Part shown: positions 11,001-23,506 of the stretch, one piece after another | Position numbering within the stretch: position 1 is the first letter of the stretch | Layout: each line of letters begins with the position of its first letter | NCBI RefSeq assembly: GCF_000143415.4 | Contig: NW_003314280.1 | Coordinates: 1,967,549-2,031,548, forward strand | Direction: 5' to 3' | Length of the DNA stretch: 64,000 nt | Source: Selaginella moellendorffii | Taxonomy: Eukaryota > Plantae > Lycopodiophyta | Translations under genes and position numbers: made by a program | Notes under the pieces: generated by a model | Told to the model about the DNA's origin: nothing | What the model saw: only the letters and a program-made list of their open reading frames with translations | The model's database searches: none

Positions 11001-14000
11001 AACACAAACTATATGCTAAGGAAGTAAATGTGCTTTTGGACAATTATGCATAAACTTTCTTAGACATATAGTTGGTGGTGGCGTACTTGAGGTGGATCCA
11101 AAGAAGCTCGAAACAATGGAGTCCTACGAAGTTCCGACCACTGTAACAAATGTTCATTTCTTTCTTGGTTTAGCAAGATACTATTGCAAGTTTGTCCACA
11201 ATTTTGCAAAAATTACTCTTCTGTTGACTGAGTTGACGAAGAGTAGTATATTGTTTCATTGGACACCAACTTATCAGTATGCTTTTGTACGATTGAAGAA
11301 AATCTTGACTATGGTTCATGTTCTCAAGATCCCAAATCTTAATAAACCCTTCGAAGTGCATTGTGATGCATCTGGCTATGCTATCTGGTGTCGAACCATC
11401 TGCAGGCTGGGAAAGCGGTAAGTGTTACGTTAACGTGACCTAGTTATCCCATTACATTCTATTTCAAAAAATTGCGTGAAACCCAACGAAGATGGCCAAT
11501 GCCCGAGAAGGTGATGTCTGTTATAGTGTGCATTTAGAACACTAGAGACACTACTTAGGTGGACACACCAAGGTTTATACAAATAGTACGACACTAAGCT
11601 ACTGTACTACGTAGCCTAAACTTATGTTGAAGCAGACTCATTGGCAAGAGAAGCTTGCTAGATATGATATTGAGATCATATATAATCTTGGTAAAGACAA
11701 TATTGTTTCGGATGCATTGAGTCATTAGGCTCAATTTCGGGCAATATCGGCAATCATTTCAGACTAGTTGGAGGATGTTCAAGCTTCGTATGGAAGTGAT
11801 CCATTGGCGAAGGCAATCTTACACCATGCGGAGTTGTCGAAACAAAACCCTAATAGTGAAGCAATGAAAGTTGCTAGCCAAACTTCACTTCTCAATTCCG
11901 GATAGGTTTATATTCTATAAGCAAGAAAGATTGTATCTTCCCTCTAAGGATCTGCAGCGCTTTTTTCTGTAGGAACATCATGATGTTCTGGCAATAGGAC
12001 ATGGTGGAAAGCGAAAAACTCTAGCTTTATTAAAAAAAGGGATTTTTCTAGTTTGGCATAGAAGGTGATGTAGCAGACTATGTCTGTTCCTGCCCTATAT
12101 GCCAGCAATGTAAGTGCAAAATCGAGAAGCAGGTTGGAAAGTTGCAATGCATTCCAACACCGGCATGGCCATTTTAGAGTGTGACACTTGATTTCGTCAC
12201 TTGCTTGCCAAAATTTAAAGGTTATGATACTTTGATAATGGTTGTGGATCAGTTGTTGAATATTGCACACTTTATTCCAACTGTGGAAATAGTGAATACG
12301 AAACAAACAGCAAAACTCTTTTTCCATGAAGTAGTGTGAGTTCGCGGTCTTCCTGAAGAGATGATCTCGGATAAAGATTCACGGTTTACGGGGAATTTTA
12401 AGGGCACACTATTCTAGTTGTTTGGTACCAAGTTGAAGTTTAGTACAATTTATCATCCTCAAACTGATATGTAGACCGAACGCATAAATGCTCAAATTGA
12501 GGATAATGTGCGGTACTATGTTTTGGCAGACCAACATGACTAGGTTGAGCATTTGGACACAGCAGAAATTTGTTATAACAACACATTTCACAGCGCTATT
12601 GGCTACTCTCTATGGGAGATGCTACAAGGGAATGCTTGTAGGGTTCTTCAACAGATTGTTGTACTGATACCAATATCCAAAGTGTTGGTCCCAGCTGTTG
12701 AGACTTATGCGGAGTAGCTACACCAAGGTTGGTCTAGAGTTACTGAGGCAATGGGCAAAGCTCAGGATAGGTATCGATATGATAAGGATTAGTATCATCA
12801 GGATGTATTTTATCAAGTGGGAGATCAGGTGTGGCTATCTTCCCGAAATTTGAACATTAAGAGATCTTTATCTCGGAAGTTGTTACCAAGATATGTTGGA
12901 CCTTATTAGGTGTTGAAATGAATTGATGATATATCCTATTGGTTGGATCTACCTGTGGAGATATCCAATGTTCATAATGTATTTCATGCCAATCTATTGG
13001 CTCTTTACACTATGGATGTTGCGTGTTGCAAGGAGATTCGTTTGCCGCTAGATGTTGAACTTGAATACAAAGTTGAAAGCATTCTATCATGTCGCCAAAA
13101 AAGTGATAGTCATTCCAAGGAATATCTAGTTAAGTGGAAAGGTTACCTGGTTTGTGAATCAACTTGGGAACCTCTTAGTAATCTTACACATGCTCATGAG
13201 CTTGTCACAGAGTATGAGAATAGTAATAAAGACTAGCTTTTGTAAACCTTGTAATAAATCTTGCAAATCAATAAAGTAATATATTTCTATAAATTAAAGT
13301 TTTGTTTCTCTCATTTGTTAGTACTTATGTCAATTTTGGTAGGCTGACTTTGGCACTTCGGTGCATGTGTCCAATCCATAACCATGGGGATAACTATTAT
13401 AGACTGATCACAAGTCCCTACCTCTCTCTCGATGACTCATTTTTGAAAAGGGGTGTGGTCATGTAAACAACTTAATCTGTCAGTTTATAATAGTTGTCTA
13501 AATCTTCCCAACGGGGTTGATTTCTTGCTTAGGGGAAATTGGGCCTCTGGCCTTCTCCTTATGTCCCTGCGGGCAGAGATGTATCATTCCTTTGTCAGCC
13601 AAGTGGTACTCGGAGCAACAAAGGTGGTTACTCCATTAGTCATTTCCTTGTCAATGACGGCCGAAGGGTGTCTGAGTCTTAACGTCTTTGGATGTAGATG
13701 AGAGGTCATTCCATAACTCATTTAAGTCGATGTGTTTCCTATATAGTGTGCTTTCCATTAACTTTTGAAGTTGTTTCATTAACGATTTGCTAGAATCAGG
13801 TATGCATCGACGAGGACATCAATCTTTCCCAAGGGGGGAGAGTGTCGTAAATATGACTTTCGGTATTGAAAGATATTTGTCAGCCAATCCTTATAGACAC
13901 TTTTTCCTTACTGCCACGACGGCAGGAGGTCGATACTATTGATCCCTTTTATGGTCTCCACCCAAGCTAGTTGAGAAACTAGTTATTGCGTATACACTTG

Positions 14001-16279
14001 ACCAAATGAGCATAAGGACGGAATTCCTAAATGCTATTTGTCAAGCATACTTGATTTGGTTAGAGAAACTCATTCGTTTACTTGCTAGTGTTGGGAACCC
14101 CCTCGATATTGAGTTTAATCCCTTAATATCGTTACATGATAGCTTACCATGTTTGCCAAACACCCTTGCTATCATACCCTTTGTGTTAGTCTCATTTAAG
14201 GAATTGGAGCTAAAAGATGTGCAATAGAAAGTGGAAGAAGCGACATCTTATAATGTTGTACAAAGCGAAGGGCATCATCAAGGGTGGCTAAAGCAAGTGC
14301 ATGCACAAATCCTATTAAATCTTGACAAAAGCTCTAGCCACAACATTCCCAACTTGATTCGCTCCAACATATTTGTCTCCGCACGAAATAAGAGGCTTCA
14401 AAAACAAATGTTAAATTGCATCACCGACTCAAATGGCCCTTGATGAAGATGATGCAATTATTAAAAAGGTTCATCACAATCATCAGCATATCCAAATATG
14501 CATTTGAAGATGTCAAGAAGAATACTCCAATCCTCATGAGTGGTTGCACTCAAATCATTATACCACTACAATGCTATCATTTAGAAACATATGGGAAACT
14601 CATGTAAATGTTGAGTATCATTCCAGGAATGATATATTGAACCAATGGTACACATCATCCCCAAGATTCCCACAGAAGAACTCCAGCTAGACACAAGGAT
14701 TGGTAGTAAGAGCAAAAGGAATTGTACCACTTGCCGTAAAGGTTGCTATCAATTAAGTTTGATTGTTCAATTACAACCACATAGCATCAAGCAATTGCAT
14801 CAACTGTTGCTTTAAAGTCAAAGGAGGAGGAGGCTACTACTCTACTATGAAGATGAACGAAAAAGAAAGAATAAAAGAGAAAAAGTTGAAAAAAACAATA
14901 GAGAAAAGAAAATTTAAACAATATAAAAGCTAAATCTAAACCAAAATCCCAAAAGCAATCAGAAAAAAGGAGATCTAGACAATGCAAAAGCTAAATTTAA
15001 ACCAAAATCCCAAATCTTGGGACAATTAAAACTACTTCTCACCTCCACCAATGTGAGTGCATGGAATATGAAAAGAGAATACATGAAATATGTATATTAA
15101 TTAACCCAAAAACCCTAGTTTATATATAAGAATGAGTGGTCCAGATTGAAACCACTAAAATCCCACTATACTAATATTAGTATATGGCATCATAGCCATA
15201 CACTTGGACCACACAGTTTATAATTTATAAAACTAGAATATATTAAGAAGTAAATTAATTTACCATCTAACAGTTGATATGTAATATGTTTATAGTTATA
15301 ACTTTCCAATTGATCAATATGATTGATAAAGAGTAAGCACTATTAATAAGAAAATGAAGAATTGCTGCATGTAATGTATAAAAAATTATTTAGTATCTTA
15401 TTGTAAATTTAATGATATAAAAAATTCTAAAAAATATAATATATAGAAGTGGGTTATAAGTAAATATTAAAAAGCTAAAAGGTTTTATGATAGAAGCTCA
15501 GTATAAGATTTAGTAGAAATATTTTAATGGTACATACCTCATAAAGAGGTGCAAGTATTCTATGAATCTTCTCAAAACTGTCCCACCTAAAAAAATTAAA
15601 ATATTTATAATATCAAAAAGCTTTTTTTTATATTATAATAATTAAAACTATTTTAAATTATTATCAGCAATGTAGTTGAACATATTCCATCTGAACCCAT
15701 TGATCATTTTCATGTTGCTACTTAGATTTGTGACTATTGATCACCTGTTTATCAATGTCAATTGACTCTGGTAAGGCCAAATTTACAAAGCAGGCTAGAA
15801 GAAAAGTTATACTAGTCAACATCATCAATGCACTATTCAATTGTTATGTAACCTTGCTATGTCTCTAATGTTCTTTCCAAGGGAGAAAAATGAAAAACTG
15901 AACTCTGAAGATGAATCAGTTTAAGAACTCCTAGGACATGGAGATGGTTCAAATTGTCCCTTTTTGCTAAGATAAGAGAAATTTATCTTAAAATTTAGAA
16001 AGATGAAAACAAAATATTAGGAAAATCTATGTTCCAGAAATACAATCTCTCTAGAATATCTTTGATCCTTTGCCATTCTCCTCCCCTAACTAAAAAGTAA
16101 TGTTAAAAGTAAAAGGTTTAAGATTGTAGATATTATGTTTATAAACACTACAATAATTTGTTGCATGTTGCATGTTACATGCAACAATGTTTGGTTTGCT
16201 TAATAGTAGTGTTTATTATTTACCAATAGATTTAATGAAGTTTATAATTAACACACAAGATTAATCATAATACACTACA

Positions 16280-16345
16280 TACACACACAGATATAGAGAG
16301 AGAGAGAGAGATACATACATACATACATACATACATACACATGTA
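16280..16345. repeat. Compound microsatellite (AC)n/(GA)n/(TACA)n
   Basis: Directly visible. Confidence 0.9.
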
Positions 16346-16679
16346 TGTATGTTTGTATAACTTATTGTTGTAATATTCTCTGAAGACAATGTGAAACCTG
16401 ACATCCAAAGTGCAAGGTTTTGCATTCATCACCACACTATTGTTTCTATTAAAGAAAAAAAATGGCAGTTGTTCACAAGGTGGCATGGACTGAATTCAGC
16501 CCAATAGATTAGCTTATTCTCAAGACAGCAAGTAGTAAAATATTCCATTCGAACTCCCAGCTTAACTCTTGTCTAAAGCTATTTTATTCTTCTAGATTTG
16601 CTAATTATGCATGTAGAGGGTATATTTGGAACTATCGAGACTTCTGCAACTGAGACTTGCAACAAAATGTTCATTGACA

Positions 16680-17847
16680 AGGAAGGATATAACTCCATTG
16701 AGCTCTTGGAATGCAAGCCATTCCCGAAAAAGGCTCTAGCGTCCTTCAAGTCAACACTAAAGGAAATTTTGAGCTTCCTTTGCTGGTGCTGGTCATAACG
16801 ATGGGTTCTGGCCCTTCACAACCCACAATCACTTTCTCTAAAGCAAAAGCTTTTGAGAAAATACGTGAAAGTTTCACGGGACTATATAAAGAATATGGTA
16901 ATAGTTGCCTTGAAACATTGATCCAGTGAAGTGAGACCTGTGCGATAGGAAGAAAAAGAAATAAATAACAACATCTGCAAATGACTTTACCGGGCACTTG
17001 CACATCGACAGTGTAGAACTGCTGGTTCTCGAAGGAGGACCACAAGAGCTTCCGTGCGTCATATCCTGCAAGCCACAGAGAAAAAAGGAAAATAAAACTC
17101 CAGGCATGATTAGAACCATACCTTTATTGTGCTTGCAGCAGTTTAGCAGTAGCTGGTATGCGTGTTTCTTCTCAAAGTTGTAGAGAGCGACGAGACCTTC
17201 GTGCTGAGAGAACTGCGGCAGCCCCCCGGCATCAGCCACTGCCTGCGCCAACTCGAGGCTTTTGGCACACCTCCTCAAGTCATTGCTGGAGAAGGAAGCC
17301 TGTGGAACGACAGTATATGAATCTTCATCGATCAGATTGGAGAGGTTCGTGGACTGCAGACCAAGGAGCTTGGGATAACAATCAGCAACAAATGCTCCTG
17401 CAACTCGTGCACGTTTGGCTCCCCGGAGAAGACTTCCTTCTCAGCTCGGCAGGCAGCACTCCTACAGAAGTGTGTGCGGTGATGTATGGGTTCCTCTTTA
17501 CAGAAGCGGCGGAAGTTATCCTCCCAGGCATCGTCCACAAGCTTGATCATGCGTGGATACGGGCAGGGGTAGTCGCCGTTGTCGTCAAACCCGAGTGGTT
17601 TTCAACGGGTGGGAATTTGCCGCTCACGATTTCGCGGTACTCAAGCGTGTGACGCAAGAGATGCGCCTGGAAGCAGCCGGTGGTAGCATCACAGTCGTCG
17701 AGCGCCCTACAGACTACGGTTCTCTAGACGGAGCATCACCATCCACAGAAACTCTCCATACTCTTTGTAGGCCTCGTCCGTCAGTTTGCTCACCTGAGAG
17801 CCTTTGCTGCCACTCCTACTACTCGTGTGGATGAAGTACCTTAGCAT
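16680..17847 (-). pseudogene. Tandem-ACD family copy 2 (early stop, most of ACD1 exon deleted)
   Basis: ATG 17847 MLRYFIHT...EYGEFLWMVMLRLENRSL then TAG. High similarity to 2100-3120. The LTSL exon is fused directly to second-ACD sequence at ~16920. Confidence 0.85.
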
Positions 17848-17934
17848 TTTTTTAGTTTTTGGCAGAGTGAATACGCCCGGCTCAATTGAATTCCCTAAAA
17901 CCCTAGCCCTGACTCCATAAGAAATAAAAAGGCG

Positions 17935-19542
17935 CTATCATATTTCCGTTGCATGCAAATGGTAAGCAAACCGTTTCTGGAAAAAGCTCTAGTCTGCTTC
18001 ATGTCGGCACTAGAGGGAAGCTTAATCTTCCTTTGCTTGAAGGCGTTGGCATTGCTTTTAACGATGAGTTCGTTCCCTGCACCCACTATTATTTTCTCTC
18101 GCGACAAGCCTACACAGTCACAAACAAACCAACAGCTCTTGAGAAAACTAAAAAGTTTCAAGGGGTATACCTGGAACTTCGACATGAAAAATGTGGTAAT
18201 CCTTGTCATCTTCAATAGTTGCCTTGAGATGTTTGTTCTTGGCTACAAATATGATATCAATACTTTTGTTTAGCTCACCCTCGTCGAAGTCCTCAATTGG
18301 CACTGTCAGATCTGTCTCTTGGCAAATGGTGAGAATCTCATCCTGGAGATTAACTATTGCACCATCGACATCAGCGTAAGGAGGAATGGCAAGCTTCTTG
18401 TGCCAGAACACGTCCTTCTCCGTGGAAACAAGCACACCCTTTCCATCTTTCGCAACACGCACTTGATCCAGCGATGTGAGACCTGTCGCGCACAAGGAAA
18501 AAGAAATAAGATAACAACACCTGTAAATCATTACTTACCGGGCACTTGCACATCAACAGTGTAGAACTGCTGGTTCTCTAAGAACGACCAAAATAGCTTG
18601 CGCTCGTCATATCCTGCAAGCCACAGAGAAAAAGAAATAAAAAACTCCAGGGAGGAAAAGCCATACCTTTATCAACGAGCTTGTGGCAGTTTAGCAGCAG
18701 TTGGTAAGCGTGTTTCTTCTCAAAGTTGTAAAGAGCGACGAGACCTCCGTGACGAGGGAACTCTGGCAACCCCCCGGTATCAGCCACCTCCTGCGCCAAC
18801 TCAAGGCTCCTGGCACACCTCGTCAACTCAAGGCTGGTGACACCAGTATGTGGCACGACCGGTGTAGCATATGATCGAGATTGCTCCCAGACCAGAGCGG
18901 CGAGGCTCGTGGACCGCAGACCAATGAGCTTGATATCAGAGGCAAACAGACCGCCTGCTCCTGCAACTCGTGCACGCTTGGCCCCCTGGAGAAGACTTCC
19001 TTCTCGGCTCGGCAGGCAGCACTCCGGCAAAAGTCGTGCGCGAGGCGAGTTTCTTCCTGATCATGTCTGGATACGGGCAACCGTAGTCGCCTATGTCGTC
19101 AAACCCGAGTGGTTTCCCAGCGGATGGGGGGAATTCGCCGCTCACGATTTCGGTGTACTGGAGCATGTGATCCAGGAGATGCCCCTGGAAGCGAGATGTA
19201 GGGGTGGCTCTCCATGCAAGCGGCGAATTGCATCCTCCGAGGCATCGTTCACGAGCTTGACCATGGATGGAAACGAGTCGCCGCAGTCGTCAAGCCCGAG
19301 TGGTTGTTCAACAGGGGGGAATTCGCCGCTGGTTGTGATGCAGGACATGCGACTGGAAGGCGTCGCTGGCCCACCCACTGCCGTCTAGCGCCCTAAAGAC
19401 TTGGCCGCGGACACGGTTGTTTAGGCCAGAAACTCTCCATACTCGTCATCAGTGTTTTTCTCACCTGAGAGAGTTTATTGCATTTGCTACTGCTGCTCCT
19501 ACTCCTACTCGCATTTGCTATGTGGATGAAGCGCTTTAACAT
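17935..19542 (-). pseudogene. Tandem-ACD family copy 3 (frameshifts, internal duplication)
   Basis: ATG 19542 MLKRFIHIA...; the SGEFPP..PLG.DD.GD segment is present twice (~19090-19150, 19270-19335); both ACD exons are recognisable (NGLLTI). Confidence 0.85.
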
Positions 19543-19603
19543 TCTGAGAAGTCTTTCAAAGAACCCTATACCCCGTAGGATTTCGCCACAACACAGAAAC
19601 AAA

Positions 19604-20377
19604 AACTTACTTCATAGAGATCTTCCGAGACTAGGCTCCTAGAGTAATCCGCAGCATTTCTTCAAGCTCTCCGTCATGCCTCGCTGAATCTGTGTGGACA
19701 ACTCCAATCAAAATCAGCATAAATGTTATGCGTTTTCACTAACCGGTTTGTTTGAGCGCAAGTGGCGAGAGGTGCCTCAGTGACCGAGCAGTTTCTTTAC
19801 ACCATTTTTCATTGGTACTGGCCTAGTTGACAAGAAAGAAATCAACGCAGAGGCTCACCAGAGACTCGATTATCTCTTCAACGCGGTCCTTCGAGAAGCA
19901 GTAAATCATCCTGGAAAAGCATAGAAGCTGGTTAGTTCATACATAAAGTCCCATCAATCAAACTATTGCAGGATGTTCCGGAGCTTGAGAAGACGTTGGT
20001 GAATTTGCAACCGCGAGCTTGAATACAGGAGGCTATCCAGGGATTTGCTAAGATGCCAGAGGCTGGAGAGACCAGTGTCATGAAAAAGTAAGTGTACGAA
20101 GAAATAAGAGAACGGAAAACCACCTTTAAAGGGACAAAATGCGTCGGTCGATGCCACAAGCTACCGTATAGGCCAGCCTTGAGCCCGTGAGCGCAAGGTA
20201 TGCTCCTGCTAAGAATCTCAGAGCGCGTTTCATACCCAGCTGTCGTGAAAGTCGTGGAAGGAAATACGAGGCACTACAATCGGTATGAAAACCAGCGGCA
20301 ACTTCGGACTCTTAGATGTTCTCAAGTAGCATTATAACATTCTCGGTGACGATTCTAAACGTGCTGGGAAACGTAAA
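19604..20377 (-). pseudogene. Partial genomic duplicate of HIBCH with intron remnants
   Basis: Colinear with 21593-22537, e.g. gattctaaacgtgctgggaaacgtaaa and gagactcgattatctcttcaac. Confidence 0.85.
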
Positions 20378-20589
20378 TCCACAACGAAAGCACAAGCAAT
20401 TAAGGCACAGGCTACTGGATAATCTCTTCAACTCTCCTTGAGAAGCATCCATCGTGAAAAAGCATGCCAGAGCCTTACAGCAATTCTAAAATCCTTGACA
20501 CAAGCTTCCAATGTTCTTTTGAAAGGTTTTGGACGCAAAATCAATCCTTATCTCTACCTGCTGGTATCTTCTAGTGTTTTTCTTTTTGC

Positions 20590-20852
20590 AGGTGAGCGAC
20601 CATTGGATACTATGCAGGATATTGGTGCCGGGTTGCTGCTCTTTCCTAGCTGTCAACCTCTTCGACCTCTGTTTTCTCAATCTTCCAGGATCGTGGCTTG
20701 CAATGGGGAGTGAAAGTCGCAAGTCTGTCAATGTTCAAATCATTTCAGTGTTCATCAAATCATCTCTTTCTCGTTAATCTTTCTAGCTTGTCTAAAGTTC
20801 TTCCTTCCACCAGGATTACGCTCTACCTCAATGGCATGTTCGGAACAATCCA
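20590..20852 (+). pseudogene. Fragment of the plus-strand ZIFL gene (copy of ~28145-28520)
   Basis: tactatgcaggat, ggggagtg..tcgcaag, tctagcttgtctaaagttctt and aatggcatgttcggaacaat all match ZIFL exon and intron sequence. Confidence 0.7.
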
Positions 20853-20889
20853 GATGATGAGCGTGACGGACTAATTTGTGGAGCACAAG

Positions 20890-20995
20890 CAGCAGAGCTC
20901 TAAAAGTCGATCAGGATAAGTATAATAAATGTGCTACTGAATTGCGCTCTTTGGAATGCGAATGGTAAGCGAGAAAAAAACTCTACCCTGCTTCG
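20890..20995 (-). pseudogene. 3' scrap of the tandem-ACD family
   Basis: attgcgctctttggaatgcgaatggtaagc (LTIRIPKSAI) matches 1514-1542; taaaagtcgatca matches the 1420s. Confidence 0.65.
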
Positions 20996-21322
20996 AGTCA
21001 TACTCATGTTCTGTTCTTAGGCGGAAGATCACCACCCATCCAAACTCTGAAGACGAATTGCCGCTAGTGACATCCGCCACCACTCGGAGATCACTGCCGA
21101 GATACGTGCTGGTCTCCCATCGAAGTGGTCCTCGGTCCTGCGTCCCCGAGAGTTTCTTCCCCTTCTCGCAAAAACCCTAAGCCTCTAAGCCTCATGAATA
21201 TTCGCGACTATTTTGAATTCAAACAAGAAAATGGCGGGAGTTTGGCTGGATCTCCTAGGCCAAGTATTTGCCACTCCACCTTGAAATGAAGGGTTTGAAG
21301 GGATGACGAAAGGGATTTTAGT

Positions 21323-23210
21323 TTACCTTTCCTCGCCTTCCAGAGGCAATTGAATTTGCTCCCTGGCAGTGTAGGTGTTCAAGATCATCTCTACCATGTC
21401 ATCCGTGACTTCTGCAAGAGTCGATGGATTCCACTGCAAAAGTTTCACCAATTAACATGGCTGAACCTTAACGTTTGAGAGCCAACACAACCAACCTTTG
21501 GAGCGCGATCTTTATCCACAACCACAGCTCTAATCCCCTAGTCATAATTGGAAAGAAGCAGTAAGAACTTTTATGGAACCAGGAAACCGAAGAACTTACT
21601 TCGTAGAGATCATCCGAGACTAGGCTCCTTAAGCAATTTAGAGTAATCCGCTGCTCTCTTTCCAAGCATTTCTTCAAGCTCTGAGTCCTGCCTTGCCGGA
21701 TCTGTGTTGACAATTCCAAACACAATCAGCACAAAAATTGCGTACGCGCGCGCGAGAGAGAGTTTCTTCTAACCGATGCTAAGGCTTGCTTGAGCGCAAT
21801 TGGCGAGAGGCGCCTCAGTGACCGCGCAGTTTCTTTACACCATTCGTCATTGGTACTGGCCTAGTGAAACGGTTGACAAGCGGGATTTATCAAGAAAGAA
21901 ATCAACGCAAAGGCCTCAGGGACTCACCAGAGACTCGATTATCTCTTCAACTCGGTCTTTCGAGAAGCAGCTGTTTATCCAAGTCATCCTGGAAAAGCCT
22001 GGAAGCTTGTTAGTTCATACGTAAAATTCCATCGTGGACGATTAAGAAGTTTTGCCTTTTCATGACACTGCTCGCTTCAGCTTCAGGCATCTTAGCAAAT
22101 CCCTGGATAGCCTCCTGTATTGAGCTTTCCGGTTGTAAATTCAGCAAAGTCTTCTCAAGCTCCGGAACATCCTGCAATAGTTTTTTATTGAAATGTAAGA
22201 AGAGATCAGAAAACGGAAAACCACCTTTGAAGGGACAAAATGCGTAGCGATGCCACAAGCTAGCATATCAGCGCAGTCCAGTTTCGATCCTGTGAGCGCA
22301 AGGTATTCTCCTGCAAAACTTAAGTCTGAGATCAAGTAAGAAAACTCAAAGAGTGATTTTTACCCAGATGTCCTGGAAGTCGTGGAAGGAAATACGAGGC
22401 ACTACAATCAGTATGAAAACCGACAGCAACTTCGGGAGTGGAGAATGCCTGGCAGCGAAACTGTTAGATACTCTCAAGTAGCAATCACAAAACTTACAGC
22501 ATTCTCAGTGACGATTCTAAACGTGCTGGGAAACGTAAAGCCTGCTCCCCCTCCCACAACGAGTCCGTGCCAAATAGCTACCTGTGAAGAACAAAAGTCT
22601 CTAAGTTCCAAGTCTTCTAGGCTTTGAGAAACGTGATGTGAACATACTCTTGTTTTCCTGTAGCTGTACAGGTGATAGTCGAGCCAGTACTTTTTGTACA
22701 CGACTTCCTTCCACGATTCGTCTGGGAAAGACACGCAAGGGAATCAAAACCACCAAAGCTTAATCCTTGAACAAAACCTTTCCTGTGATCGTAGAACATG
22801 CGCAGGTCACCACCAGCAGAGAAAACCTTGCCTGCGGCCTGCGAGCCAGGGATTTAAAAAGAGAAGAATGGTAGGTGGAGCTCACCTTGATGATTATAAG
22901 CTCCACACTCTCATCTCTCTCCCACTGCTCAAACAGCTCCGCGAGTCGGGAGACCTGAAAGAGAAAGCTCAAGAACAAAAACCAGGATGCCGCAAGGCTT
23001 CTTGATCCAAATGCAAACTCTTACAACGGAGAGATTGAGACAATTGAGCACTTGAGGGCGATTGAGGGTCATTACTCGCACCCTATCGTGAGCATCCACG
23101 AGCACCTCCTCCATCTGGAACAGAAACAATCTATGAGAGAACAAGAAACAAAGAGAATGCTTGAGAGCTCCCTCTTTCTCGCAAACCTGATTTTCGTCCG
23201 GCATGCCCAT
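21323..23210 (-). CDS. HIBCH: 3-hydroxyisobutyryl-CoA hydrolase-like protein (crotonase family), multi-exon
   Basis: TLNRPQVLNCL, FSAGGDL, GLVVGGGAG, PEVAVGFHTD, GEYLALTG, GIRAVVVDKDRAPK|WNP; TAA at 21323. Confidence 0.9.
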
Positions 23211-23506
23211 GATGATAGAAATGCGCTCGCTCGCTCGCTCGGCCCCAAACATCTTTTAACTTAAAGAGGTGGTGCTACGCCTCTACGAGTCAAAGCTTTA
23301 CGACCAGCAGGCACACGTTGGTATCCAAACCAAACTCGATCTTCTCGCACGAACTGGTCAGATCATGTCACTGTGGTATTGTAGCACGCGTAAATCTTCG
23401 ACGAATGTTTTTCATTGCGCAGCCGAGTAGTATCGAAGCTCGAGTTTTTTTACATCGCTATGTAGTGGAATGGTTGTCATGCCAGGATCTTGTCACTGGA
23501 TTGACA

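Larger units (their letters stand above)
7221..14194 (+). mobile_element. Degenerate chromovirus (Ty3/gypsy) nested in gag of the outer element; LTRs 7221-7778 and 13843-14194
   Basis: Gag (KPPNF...LEDWVYNMENYF, zinc-knuckle remnant GHKSSECP), protease, RT, RNase H (VHCDASGYA), integrase and chromodomain (YKVESIL...EYLVKWKGY...STWEP, ~13060-13200). PPT aaggggggagag at 13831-13842. Many stops and frameshifts; no matching TSD seen. Confidence 0.93.
4657..15215 (-). mobile_element. Degenerate Ty3/gypsy LTR retrotransposon with short LTRs (4657-4832, 15052-15215) and 4-bp TSD GTTT
   Basis: Two similar TG...CA LTRs. PBS TGGTGGAGGTG follows the 5' LTR and a purine tract AAGAGGAAAAGATGA precedes the 3' LTR. 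Coding remnants: gag zinc knuckle CWACDEVGH (~7100-7140), RT YIDYHLLNEVTILDIYPLPHI (~6040-6110), RNase H NYSIIEMECL..W (~5700-5790). Confidence 0.85.
4540..16270. mobile_element. AT-rich non-autonomous element with long inverted termini (MULE/foldback-like), interrupted by nested LTR elements
   Basis: 4540-4656 plus 15220-15400 align with 60310-60640. 16130-16270 is the reverse complement of the same sequence (ttggtttgcttaatagtagtgttt vs aacactattattaagcaaaccaa). Exact ends and TSD not resolved. Confidence 0.55.

Noticed and set aside
14195-14202. TSD for the chromovirus
   Set aside because: Left flank AAGAT does not match right flank TTTAA, so no TSD is claimed.
16598-16660. Possible displaced further exon of partner copy A (GIFGT vs CTFGT at ~50550)
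   Set aside because: The similarity is too short to support.
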